From an uncultured Ruficoccus sp. (GTDB taxonomy: Bacteria > Verrucomicrobiota > Verrucomicrobiia > Opitutales > Cerasicoccaceae), in the NCBI GenBank assembly GCA_965140785.1, contig OZ223497.1, positions 1 to 64,000 of the forward strand: a stretch of DNA of 64,000 nt. The letters are read 5' to 3'. Positions within the stretch are counted from its first letter, which is position 1, and the number at the start of each line of letters is the position of its first letter. Below, in pieces: positions 32,033-40,995 of this stretch. The notes beneath the pieces were generated by a model, which ran no database searches, was not told the DNA's origin, and saw nothing but the letters and a program-made list of their open reading frames with translations. The position numbers and the translations under genes are program-made.

Positions 32033-33112
32033 CTAACACACTTGGGAGACGAGGCGGTCGGCCAGGACATCGAGCTCCTCGAAGTTCCTGAGCCCCTGCA
32101 CCCACTCGCCGGGGATCTGGCCGCAGCCGCCGGCGGCACCGGCCAGCATGCCCAGAATGGCCCCGCGCGGGCAGTTGTCCCCGCCGAGGTTGGCATTGGC
32201 CAGCATGATCGTTTCAAAATTTCCCCCATACTTGAGGATGAGGAACAGGATGAGCGGGAGCGAGTCGTCGATGGCCGATCCGTTGCGGCAGTGATGCTCG
32301 ACCACCCCCTCGTCGGAGAGGCGTTCTCGCCAGCGGCGGTAGGTGAAATTCAGGGCCGGATGGGCGTGCCAGTTACGGATGTGCTCATAGAGGGCGTTCT
32401 CCGCCTCATACCCATGCAGCAGGTAGATCAGCAACTCGACCATGAGCACCGCCGCCCGGCCCTCTGGCTCACCCTTGTGGGTGAGGGAGAGGGCCTGAGT
32501 GACGTGTTTACATGCCTCCTGGAGGTCGCGGGCGTAGTACAGGGCCAGCGGGAGGGCGATGGCGATCCCGCCGATGCGGTTGCACTCGCCGCCGCAGACC
32601 CAGGGGTCTTTGCCCCGTCCGTAGTTCTCGAAGAACGTCCGGTGGGAGGCGGGGATGTAGGTATCGTTATGTCGGCCCGGGGTGAGGAAAAGTGAGGTGT
32701 AGGCATCCAGATAGGCGCTCGGGTCATAGCGCTGGTGATCGACGGCGGACTTAAGCAGTTCCTGGCCCACCAGAATATTGATGGTGTTGTCCCCGCCCTT
32801 GAGGTGCTGGTGAAAGTGTGTGCCCGGCACGCGCCACTCGGCCTCGCGCCCGTGCATGATCTCCGCTTTTTCACCGGTGGCGGTGTAGTGGGTGCGGAAA
32901 AGCGTGCTTTGCGGGTGGGGAAGAACCGGATCGCGGTAGCCCTCAATGGTTCCGTAATCATTGCGAATCCGTTTCGGAAGCGCGTACCCATGACAGGGCA
33001 TGGCGAGGGCATCACCGATAAAATAACCCCAAAAGGCTCCGTAGATGCGGGAGCTGAAGCTGATCTCATCGGGACCGCCGACGACTGAGGTTTCGGACGG
33101 TGACTTTTTCAT
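32033..33112 (-). CDS. ADP-ribosylglycohydrolase family protein
   Basis: G.FIGDALAMP, LTH, NANLGGDNCPRGAILGML.GA. Confidence 0.85.
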   Translation of the reverse strand: MKKSPSETSVVGGPDEISFSSRIYGAFWGYFIGDALAMPCHGYALPKRIRNDYGTIEGYRDPVLPHPQSTLFRTHYTATGEKAEIMHGREAEWRVPGTHFHQHLKGGDNTINILVGQELLKSAVDHQRYDPSAYLDAYTSLFLTPGRHNDTYIPASHRTFFENYGRGKDPWVCGGECNRIGGIAIALPLALYYARDLQEACKHVTQALSLTHKGEPEGRAAVLMVELLIYLLHGYEAENALYEHIRNWHAHPALNFTYRRWRERLSDEGVVEHHCRNGSAIDDSLPLILFLILKYGGNFETIMLANANLGGDNCPRGAILGMLAGAAGGCGQIPGEWVQGLRNFEELDVLADRLVSQVC

Positions 33113-33296
33113 GGGTGAAGCAACACGGGTAGGTTAATTCCCAGGCCGCCGGGCAGCAAGTTTTATTTTCATTTTACGTATTAATCTAACGGTAGTTTGA
33201 AGAATGATTTCCGGCGAAAATCATACCGATACCAACCCCTGTTCGACGAGGGAGTTGCAGGGGGGATATGAGTGACGTTTCGTTTCTCGACGAGCT

Positions 33297-35036
33297 CTAA
33301 CCTCTCGGCACCAGCCACATCGCCTGATACGGTTTCAGGGTGATGCCGCGCTTGCCGTTGCTGAGGGTTTTGGCCGAGATGACGTCGTAGAACTTTTTCG
33401 TGTCCTTGAGCGGGGCGAAGTCCGCGGGCCGGGTCAGCGTCTGCTCTTTGTCAGAGAAATTGAATACGCAGTACACGGTCTGGTTGCCGAGAGTGGAGGT
33501 GCGCGCCAGTACGAGGATGGACTTGTCCAGGCGATAGATTTCCTGCGCCCCGTCCGGGTTGAAGGCCGGGTAATTGGCGCGGCGGCGGAGTACCTGCACA
33601 TAGCGGCGGAAGATGTCCGCCTGCGGGGACTTTTGGTCGGCCAGCAGTTCGCCCAGCTCGTTGGCTTCCCATTTGCGCCGGTTGATGCTGCGCGGGGCGC
33701 CGGTCTTCTCAACCCCTTCGTCATAGTTGGGGGTCGCCATCAGGCTGTGGAAATAGACCGCGGGGATGCCCTTGAGCGAGAGCGCAAAGTATTGCGAGCA
33801 CAGGAAGCGCTCGGCCCCGAGTTTCTTGTTTCTCGGTTCGCTCAGTGCGGAGGCGTAGGTGATGTTCAGCTCGTAGGGGCTCTGGGTGCCGTCCGGGTTG
33901 GCTTTGCGCGAGACGTGGGCGCCGCGCTTTTCCACCGCTTTGATCATCTTGTCGAATTCCTTGTCCGGCAACAGCCCTTGCAGCGGACGCACCCCGATTC
34001 CGTCGTGCGAGGCGGTGAAGTTCAGGTACGTGCACGCGCCCTCGGGGTACTCGAGGTTCTGGAGCCAATCGCACAGGTAGTCGCAGTTGTTGGTCAGCAG
34101 CGCGTGCAGCAGCAGCGGCGGCAGGCTGAAGTTGTAAACGATGTGCGCCTCGTCACCCGCGCCGAAGTAGCTGACGTTCTCCTTGTGGGGGACGTTGGTC
34201 TCGGTGAGGATGTTGACCTGCGGGTCCACGATCTCGCACACATCGCGCAGCAGCTTGACGATCTCGTGGGTCTGGGGGCGGTGCAGGCAGTCGGTCCCGA
34301 TATCCTTCCAGGCGAAGGCCACCGCGTCGAGCCGCAGGGTGCGCACGCCCTTGCTGATGTAAAAGAGCAGGATGTCCAGAAACTCGAACAGCAGGTCCGA
34401 GTTCTGCCAGTTGAGGTCCACCTGGTCGGCGCTGAAGGTCGTCCACACGTAGCACTCGCCGAAGCGGGTGGTGGTCTTGGTCAGCAGGGGAGAGGTGCGC
34501 GGGCGGACCACGGCGGACAGGTCCGTCTCCGGGTCCATCTCCAGAAAGTAGTGACGCGCCGGAGAGATGCCCAAAATAAAATCCTGGAACCACGCGCTCT
34601 TGGACGAGCAGTGGTTGAGCACGAGGTCAAAGGCCAGGTTGAAGTCTTCGCCGAGCTTTTCCACATCCTTCCAGGTGCCGTACTCGCGCTTGACCTGACG
34701 GTAGTCGATGACGGAGAAGCCGTCGTCGCTCGACCACGGATAAAAGGGTAAGATATGCACGGTGCTGACCGCCCCCTTGAGGTTCTCGACGGAAAACTTG
34801 TGCAGCGTGGACAGCGGCGTCTCGCCCTTGGTGTGAACCATGTCGGCGTAAGTGATCAGCAGCACGTCCTTCTGGTCCCAGCGCCGGGCCGAGGCGGCGG
34901 GCGGCTCGTTGCCCACGCCGTAGCGCCCGATCAAATGATAAAAGCGATCCAGCAGCCAGTCGGCACGCTCGTCATAAAGGAATGTCAACCGCCGCCGCAC
35001 GCGGTCGAGCTGGGCCTGGGAAATCGGTTTAATCAT
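33297..35036 (-). CDS. GH13_18 sugar phosphorylase, probably glucosylglycerate phosphorylase
   Basis: LITYAD, HILPFYPWSSDDGF, WTTFSADQVDLN, RLDAVAF, TETN, ASHDGIG, PYELN. Confidence 0.9.
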   Translation of the reverse strand: MIKPISQAQLDRVRRRLTFLYDERADWLLDRFYHLIGRYGVGNEPPAASARRWDQKDVLLITYADMVHTKGETPLSTLHKFSVENLKGAVSTVHILPFYPWSSDDGFSVIDYRQVKREYGTWKDVEKLGEDFNLAFDLVLNHCSSKSAWFQDFILGISPARHYFLEMDPETDLSAVVRPRTSPLLTKTTTRFGECYVWTTFSADQVDLNWQNSDLLFEFLDILLFYISKGVRTLRLDAVAFAWKDIGTDCLHRPQTHEIVKLLRDVCEIVDPQVNILTETNVPHKENVSYFGAGDEAHIVYNFSLPPLLLHALLTNNCDYLCDWLQNLEYPEGACTYLNFTASHDGIGVRPLQGLLPDKEFDKMIKAVEKRGAHVSRKANPDGTQSPYELNITYASALSEPRNKKLGAERFLCSQYFALSLKGIPAVYFHSLMATPNYDEGVEKTGAPRSINRRKWEANELGELLADQKSPQADIFRRYVQVLRRRANYPAFNPDGAQEIYRLDKSILVLARTSTLGNQTVYCVFNFSDKEQTLTRPADFAPLKDTKKFYDVISAKTLSNGKRGITLKPYQAMWLVPRG

Positions 35037-35050
35037 GGGAGGAAATGTTT

Positions 35051-35194
35051 TTAACCACAGAGCGCACAGAGGACACAGAGGACACAGAGAATGATGGGGC
35101 AGAGGAACATGGTGTGATCATTAAAAAACTCATGAGCTTGTTTGGTGGAGTCATGAACAAAGCTTTTCTATCTCTCTGTGCTCTCTGTGGTTAA
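35051..35194. repeat. Inverted pair of CACAGAG 9-mer arrays with ~80-bp spacer, inside an operon
   Basis: TTAACCACAGAGCGCACAGAGGACACAGAGGACACAGAG ... TCTCTGTGCTCTCTGTGGTTAA; outer 22 nt match 20/22. Confidence 0.85.
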
Positions 35195-35209
35195 TGAATG
35201 TAAATAAGA

Positions 35210-36479
35210 TCACCCGCCGTTGCCCCAGCCGGTGAGGCTGGTCATGAGCGTGCGCAGGGAGCGTCGCAGCACGGTGTAGGAATAGAAGCGCCGGGCGACG
35301 CGGTAGTTGTGCTCGACCATCTCGTCGCGGTAATGTGAGTCTTCGAGAATCTTCTGCACGTGGCTGACGACCTTCTTTGTCACGATGCCGTCCATTTCGG
35401 CGAAGCGGAACCCGCGCGGCTCGATGTCCTGAATGTAGATCGAGTAGCGGTTGACCATCATCGGCTTTCGGAAGTACACGGTCTCCAGCAGCGCGTTGCC
35501 GAAGCCCTCGTAGGTGCTCGGGTAGGTGACGAAGTCAGCGTGCGGGTACAGGTCCCACAGCGTGTACATCTTGCGCCCGAGGCTGTCGCGCTGGCGCACT
35601 TCGGAGACGCGGTCGGCGATGAAGTGCACGTCCACGTTTTCCTCTTTGGCCAGCTCGTTAAGCATGTGCAGGTAGTCGAGCCCCTCGTCCCCGGCGTCGT
35701 GCGAAATGACGAGCTTGTAGCGCGGGTCCTTGAGCATGCCGACCATCTTGATCGCGTGCTCGATTCCCTTGCGCGGGACGATGCGCGTGGGCTGGAGGAT
35801 AAAGATGTCGTCCGGCTTTAAGCCGATCTCCTCGCGCACGTCGGCGGAGTACTCGTCCGGTTGCGGTGCGGGCTTGTCGAAGTCGAAGACGTTCGGGATG
35901 AGCAGCGAGGCCAGGCCCTTGCGCAGGGCGATCTGCTCCTCGGCCGGGCGGTTGATGACGACAGAACGGATGTTGTTCAGGCTCGGCGGAAACGCGCTGT
36001 CGAGGTAGTCGCTCACGCCGTTGACCGAGAAGCGCGTGCGTTCCCAGAAGAAGTCGTGGTGGTGGGCGATGGCGGGCATCCCCGTCTCGGCCAGAAACTC
36101 CGTCACCGCCAGCCCCAGGGGCAGGTGCATGGGGATCGTCAATACATTCTGCGGGATGATAAAGTCGATCTGGAACTTTTTGACGAAGTGGTAGAGCGAG
36201 CTTTTCAGGTAGTCGGTCATCTCGCGGATGCGGGTCGTGACCAGCGGCTCGCGCGAAGTTCCGGCCCCAGATGCGTTCGTTGATCCAGTCCACCTCCGGA
36301 TGCCCGAAGTACGCCTCGGGCACGACATAGGAGATGCCGGGGTCGCGGTCGCTGCGGCCACTGTACCAGTAGCTCACATGCCGGTCATCCCAGAGGACTT
36401 CCGCCCACTTGGCGCTTTCTAAAGAGACGCCGTCGGTCCCGGCGAAACGCGTCGAAATAAAACCGATGTTTTTGGGCAT
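35210..36479 (-). CDS. GT4 glycosyltransferase, mannosylglucosylglycerate synthase (MggS)-like, frameshifted near 36260
   Basis: [14 protein letters not shown]-terminus (35658..36479 frame) joins [35 protein letters not shown] (35210..36361 frame). Confidence 0.82.
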
Positions 36480-36484
36480 GGAAA

Positions 36485-36645
36485 GCTAAATGGCTAAATG
36501 ATTGATAGTTAAATGGCCGATTGACGGGAGAGTGGACGGTCTGTTCTGCGTGCGGTTTGAGCGCTTCGCATGCCAAACAATAATACCCACTGTCGCCTTT
36601 TTATCCATATCAACGGTGTGAATACTTAGCAATTAACCATTTAAG
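36485..36645. repeat. Inverted octamer arrays (GCTAAATG type) around a divergent promoter region
   Basis: gctaaatg gctaaatg attgatag ttaaatg gccgattg ... ttagcaattaaccatttaag. Confidence 0.6.
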
Positions 36646-36762
36646 AATCAACCCTTCAGCAGCCTGCATGCCTGTCCGTCCCGGGGCAAGGCAGGAACGG
36701 CACAATTAGACAAAAAACAATTGGCAGGGCAGGTGCTGAGCGCTAGCTTCCCGCCAAACACC

Positions 36763-37938
36763 ATGCCGGACGCTCTTTCCACCATCTTAGAAACCCTGCC
36801 CGAGTGCCGCGACCGTATCCAGGAGATGCGCGAGCTCATCCTGGCCAACGCCGTGATGTTCGGGGAAATTCCCGCTCCCACCTTCGCGGAGGCCGCGCGC
36901 GCAAGATTCCTGATGGACCGCTTCACCGAGGGCGGCTGCCAGACGATCTCGACCGATGAGGTCGGGAACGCCGTGGGCATCGTCCCCGGGAAGAAGCCCG
37001 GCGGCAAGCCGATCCTCATCTCGGCGCACATGGACACGGTTTTCGCCAAGAGTGTGGACCACACCGTCACCGTCCATCCCAACGCCCTCTGCGGGGCCGG
37101 TGTGCTCGACAACGCGCTCGGCGTGGCCGTCCTGGCTTCGCTGCCCACCATCCTCGATAAGCTGGGCCTGGGCTTCCAGCATGACCTGCTGTTGATGGGG
37201 TCCACCCGCAGCCTCGGTTCGGGCGACATCGAGGGTATGCGCTTCTTTTTAAACAATAACAAGCTGCCGATCGAGGCGGGCGTGATCGTGGAGGGCGCGA
37301 CCCTCGGACGCCTCAGTTTCTCCTCCCTGGGCATGAGTCGGGGAGTAATTAACTGCCGCATCCCGCCCACCTACGACTTCAGCCGCTTCGGCGCGGCGGG
37401 GGCTGTCGCGATCATCAACCGTGTCATTACCGGCATGCTGGCGATCCCCACGCCCCGCGAGCCGGCCACCCAGATCATTCTCGGCTCCTTCGAGGGCGGG
37501 AACAGCTTCAACACCATGGCCAAGACCGGCACCTTGCGCTATGAAATCCGCAGCGAGCAGGCCGGGCTGGTCGGCGACATCACTAAGCAGATTGAGAGCC
37601 TGCTCAGCCAGATCCGCTCCTCCTCCGGGGTGGAACTGCGCCTGGAGGAGGTCGCCCGCCGCCACAACGGCGGTCTCGACTACGCCCATCCGTTGATCAA
37701 GGTCTGCCGCACAGTCATGGAAACACTCGACATCGAGCCCATTGTGGCCCCCTCGACCGGTGAGCTGGCCGCCCTCATCGAGAAGGACATCCCCGGCGTC
37801 ACCCTGGGCATGACCTACGGGGAAAACCGCCACCTCTCCGACGAAACCGTCGAGATCGATCCCATTTTCACCGGGCTGGCGCAACTGCTGGCCGTCCTCC
37901 AAGCCATCGACAAAGGAATTTGCCATGACAAAGCTTGA
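36763..37938 (+). CDS. M20/M25/M40 metallopeptidase-fold protein with degenerate active site
   Basis: IPAPTF.E, DEVGN, SAHMDTVF, GVLDN, dimerisation domain, C-terminal H; EE motif absent. Confidence 0.8.
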   Translation: MPDALSTILETLPECRDRIQEMRELILANAVMFGEIPAPTFAEAARARFLMDRFTEGGCQTISTDEVGNAVGIVPGKKPGGKPILISAHMDTVFAKSVDHTVTVHPNALCGAGVLDNALGVAVLASLPTILDKLGLGFQHDLLLMGSTRSLGSGDIEGMRFFLNNNKLPIEAGVIVEGATLGRLSFSSLGMSRGVINCRIPPTYDFSRFGAAGAVAIINRVITGMLAIPTPREPATQIILGSFEGGNSFNTMAKTGTLRYEIRSEQAGLVGDITKQIESLLSQIRSSSGVELRLEEVARRHNGGLDYAHPLIKVCRTVMETLDIEPIVAPSTGELAALIEKDIPGVTLGMTYGENRHLSDETVEIDPIFTGLAQLLAVLQAIDKGICHDKA

Positions 37939-38905
37939 ATCCTGGATTCAGCACAACACCTTTCACCACAGCCAGTTTTACGACCAGCTTGAGCTGCTCA
38001 AGCAGAAGGAGAAAACCGGGCTGACCGTCTCCCTGTGCATCCCCACGCTCAACGAGGAGGCCACCATCGGCAAGGAGATCGTCATCTTCCGCTCCGAGCT
38101 GATGGAGCGCTACCCGCTGGTGGACGAGATCGCCGTCATTGACTCGGGCTCGACCGACAAGACGCTCGAGGTCGCCGCCTCCTTTGGAGCGGACACGTAC
38201 TTCGCCGGGGACATCCTGCCCTCGCAGGGGCACAAGCGCGGCAAGGGCGAGAACCTCTGGAAAGCCATTTACCAGCTCAAGGGCGACATCATCGTCTATG
38301 TGGACGCGGACATTAAAAACATCCACCCGCGCTTCTGCTACGGGCTGGTCGGGCCGCTGCTCTACCGCGAGCAGATGAAGTACGTCAAAGCCTTCTACGA
38401 CCGCCCGCTGGCCTTCTCCCAGGGGGTGCGCCCCAGCGGCGGGGGTCGCGTGACGGAGATTCTCGTGCGCCCGCTCTTTTCGCTCTTCTTTCCGGAGCTG
38501 ACCGGGCTTGTCCAGCCGCTCTCGGGCGAATACGCCGTGCGCCGCGAAGTGCTCGAGCGCCTGCCGTTCCCCATCGGCTACGGGGTGGAGACCTCGCACA
38601 TCATGGACGTGTACCGCCAGTGGGGGCTGGAGGCTTTCGGGCAGACCGACCTCGACCAGCGCGTGCACCGCAATCAGGAGACCCTCTCGCTGGGCAAAAT
38701 GTCCTTCGGCATCCTTCAGAGCTTCCTCGGCCGCCTCAAGGACATGGGCATGGAGGGCAATCTCCCCGAACTTGCCAACACCCTGCGCCAGTTCATCGCG
38801 AAAGACCAGCAGTACGAACAGGTCTGCTACGAGATCGTCGAGGAAGAGCGCCCGCCCATGATCGACATCCCCGAGTACCGCGAAAAAATGGGCTACGAGG
38901 GGTAG
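37925..38905 (+). CDS. gpgS: Glucosyl-3-phosphoglycerate synthase
   Basis: PTLNEE.TIG, DSGSTD, GKGENLW, DAD, GGRVTE, QPLSGEYA, GYGVE, HRNQ. Confidence 0.92.
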   Translation: MTKLESWIQHNTFHHSQFYDQLELLKQKEKTGLTVSLCIPTLNEEATIGKEIVIFRSELMERYPLVDEIAVIDSGSTDKTLEVAASFGADTYFAGDILPSQGHKRGKGENLWKAIYQLKGDIIVYVDADIKNIHPRFCYGLVGPLLYREQMKYVKAFYDRPLAFSQGVRPSGGGRVTEILVRPLFSLFFPELTGLVQPLSGEYAVRREVLERLPFPIGYGVETSHIMDVYRQWGLEAFGQTDLDQRVHRNQETLSLGKMSFGILQSFLGRLKDMGMEGNLPELANTLRQFIAKDQQYEQVCYEIVEEERPPMIDIPEYREKMGYEG

Positions 38906-38933
38906 TCGTTTTTTGAATACGGATATCAAATGC

Positions 38934-38970
38934 GGCGGCGAAGAGCACCAAGGATACACCGAGCGCAAAG
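38934..38970. repeat. Degenerate left arm of the 9-mer inverted array flanking the small gene
   Basis: GGCGGCGAAGAGCACCAAGGATACACCGAGCGCAAAG; about 24/37 ungapped match to the reverse complement of the 39269-39307 arm. Confidence 0.55.
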
Positions 38971-38982
38971 GATAGTTGAGTC

Positions 38983-39282
38983 ATGAGCCTGTCTTTTAAG
39001 ATCCTGCGTTTGTTTCTTGTTCTGATCTTTGCTGTTTCTGTATTTGTTTTCCTGACATCCGGGGTGGTTAGCTATGCGCCAGACGTTTACGAGGTACATG
39101 ATGATGCTCGTGCTGTGGTTGGTACCGTGTCTATCCCTCAAACGGGTGCGGTGGCTGAATCTATTTCTTTGATCTTCTGTCTGTTGAGCGCCAGTTGCTT
39201 ATGTGTCCTCCAGCATCTCGGCAAAAGAATTACCAACCTGGAACGCGAGGTGGAGCGTTTGAAAGACGCTTCGTGCCCTTAG
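38983..39282 (+). CDS. Small hypothetical membrane protein (2 TM plus short coiled coil), lower GC
   Basis: 99-aa ATG ORF between gpgS and the GT4 gene; stop TAG lies within the repeat arm. Confidence 0.65.
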   Translation: MSLSFKILRLFLVLIFAVSVFVFLTSGVVSYAPDVYEVHDDARAVVGTVSIPQTGAVAESISLIFCLLSASCLCVLQHLGKRITNLEREVERLKDASCP

Positions 39283-39307
39283 TGTCTTCTTCGTGTCCTT
39301 CGTGGCC
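39269..39307. repeat. Right arm of the 9-mer array (CTTCGTG type)
   Basis: CTTCGTGCCCTTAGTGTCTTCTTCGTGTCCTTCGTGGCC. Confidence 0.8.
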
Positions 39308-39324
39308 CATTCTTCTCTTTTCCC

Positions 39325-40761
39325 ATGCGTATCGCAGTTGTCCACTACCATTTAAAACCCGGCGGGGTGACGCGCATCGTCGAGAGTGCGGCGGAGGCGC
39401 TGGCACCGCATGGGGTCGAGCTGGCAGCGATTTCGGGCGAGCCGTACACAGGCGAGGCAGACCTGAAAACCGGCGTCGTATCCGGACTTCAATACACGAC
39501 GGACGAGTCCGATTACGTCGATCCGAAGTACCTGCTGCACGAGCTCAAGGCCGAGGCGAAAAAACTCCTCGGAGGGGAGCCGGACCTGTGGCACATTCAC
39601 AACCATTCGCTGGGCAAGAACGCCGTTATGGCGGACGTGGTCGGGCTGCTGGCCCGGCAGGAGACGCCGGTGCTGCTCCAGATCCACGACTTCGCTGAGG
39701 ATGGGCGACCGGCCAACTACCAACTGATCGGGGAGGGGATTTCCGATTGGAAACATCTTTACCCCTACGGCCCGCGCATCCACACCACGGTCCTCAACCG
39801 CCGCGATGCGTCATTCCTCAAACAAGCCGGTCTGCCCGCCGAGTGCCTGCACCTGCTGCCCAATCCGGTGTCCGTCCCCGTCATGCCCGCGGGCGATCCG
39901 CCGAAGACCGACGGGATGGAGCGGTTGTTTCTTTATCCCACGCGGGCCATCCGCCGCAAGAACATGGGCGAGTTCCTGTTCTGGGCCGCACTGGCGCGGG
40001 AAGGGGAGACCTTCGCCACCACGCTGGCCCCGGCCAATCCGACCGCCCGCCCCGTGTACGAACGCTGGATGACCTTCGCCGCCGAGCAGAAGCTGCCCGC
40101 CATCTTCGAGTTGGCGGAGGCGGTGGATCTGTCGTTTCCCGCGGTCATGGCGGCGGCGGAGACGATTGTCACCACGTCCGTGGCCGAGGGCTTCGGGATG
40201 GCTTTTCTGGAGCCGTTTCTGTTTGGCAAAACCCTCTGTGGGCGCGATCTGCCGGACATCACCGGCGACTTTACCGAATACGGCGTCCGTCTCGACGGCC
40301 TCTACGACCGGCTCGACGTACCGCTGGCATGGATCGGTGGGGCCGGGGAGCTGGAGCAGAAAATCGCCCCCGCGCTCACGGCCAGCTTCACCGCCTACGG
40401 GCGCGATTGCGGCGAGGAGGAAATCGCCTCCGCCCTGGCCACTGCCATCGACGGCGAACGGGTGGAGTTCGGGCGGCTGGATGAGGATTTGCAGGAGCGC
40501 GCCATCGTCCACCTGCGCGCATTAGCCAACCCCGCGGACGACATCCGCCCGCCCGCGCTCAAGCGCCAGGACGCCGCCACCGCTGCAGCCAACCGCGCAG
40601 CGATTGTTGAGCATTTCAACCTGGAGCAGTACGGCCAGCGTCTGCTCGGCATTTATCGCCAACTCATCGCCGCCGCCCCCGCCGCCCCCGAGTCGCTCGA
40701 CCCGTCCCGGGTGCTCGATGCCTTCCTCGACCCGGCCCGTTTCTGCCTTCTGCGGAGTTAA
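39325..40761 (+). CDS. GT-B/GT4-like glycosyltransferase (candidate mannosylglucosyl-3-phosphoglycerate synthase)
   Basis: HYHLKPGGVT, HNHSLGKN, IHDFAEDGR, YPTRAIRRKN, SVAEGFGMAFLE; context with gpgS. Confidence 0.8.
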   Translation: MRIAVVHYHLKPGGVTRIVESAAEALAPHGVELAAISGEPYTGEADLKTGVVSGLQYTTDESDYVDPKYLLHELKAEAKKLLGGEPDLWHIHNHSLGKNAVMADVVGLLARQETPVLLQIHDFAEDGRPANYQLIGEGISDWKHLYPYGPRIHTTVLNRRDASFLKQAGLPAECLHLLPNPVSVPVMPAGDPPKTDGMERLFLYPTRAIRRKNMGEFLFWAALAREGETFATTLAPANPTARPVYERWMTFAAEQKLPAIFELAEAVDLSFPAVMAAAETIVTTSVAEGFGMAFLEPFLFGKTLCGRDLPDITGDFTEYGVRLDGLYDRLDVPLAWIGGAGELEQKIAPALTASFTAYGRDCGEEEIASALATAIDGERVEFGRLDEDLQERAIVHLRALANPADDIRPPALKRQDAATAAANRAAIVEHFNLEQYGQRLLGIYRQLIAAAPAAPESLDPSRVLDAFLDPARFCLLRS

Positions 40762-40773
40762 CTCTGCAGGAGG

Positions 40774-40917
40774 CGTAAATTCGTAGATTTAGAGATACAT
40801 AAATTATAAGCGAGCAGGCTGCGCTGTTCGGGCTCCGGGGGACGATCATCGCACTCCCTGCCTAGCCGAACTCCATGTTGAATTTTTGAATTTACGAATC
40901 CTGAATCTACAAATCTC
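40774..40917. repeat. Inverted octamer/heptamer arrays (GTARATTY type) with ~75-bp spacer
   Basis: cgtaaattcgtagatttagagatacataaatt ... aatttttgaatttacgaatcctgaatctacaaatctc. Confidence 0.7.
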
Positions 40918-40995
40918 CGTTCCACTCCTGAGGAACCTTCCCCGGTTGGTGACTTTTTCCTTCATTCCCGGAGCCATTCCGCTATAACCGCTCTC

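Noticed and set aside
38934..39307. Integron gene cassette / attC site
   Set aside because: No RYYYAAC...GTTRRRY attC structure or integrase is present, and the arms flank both sides of the gene.
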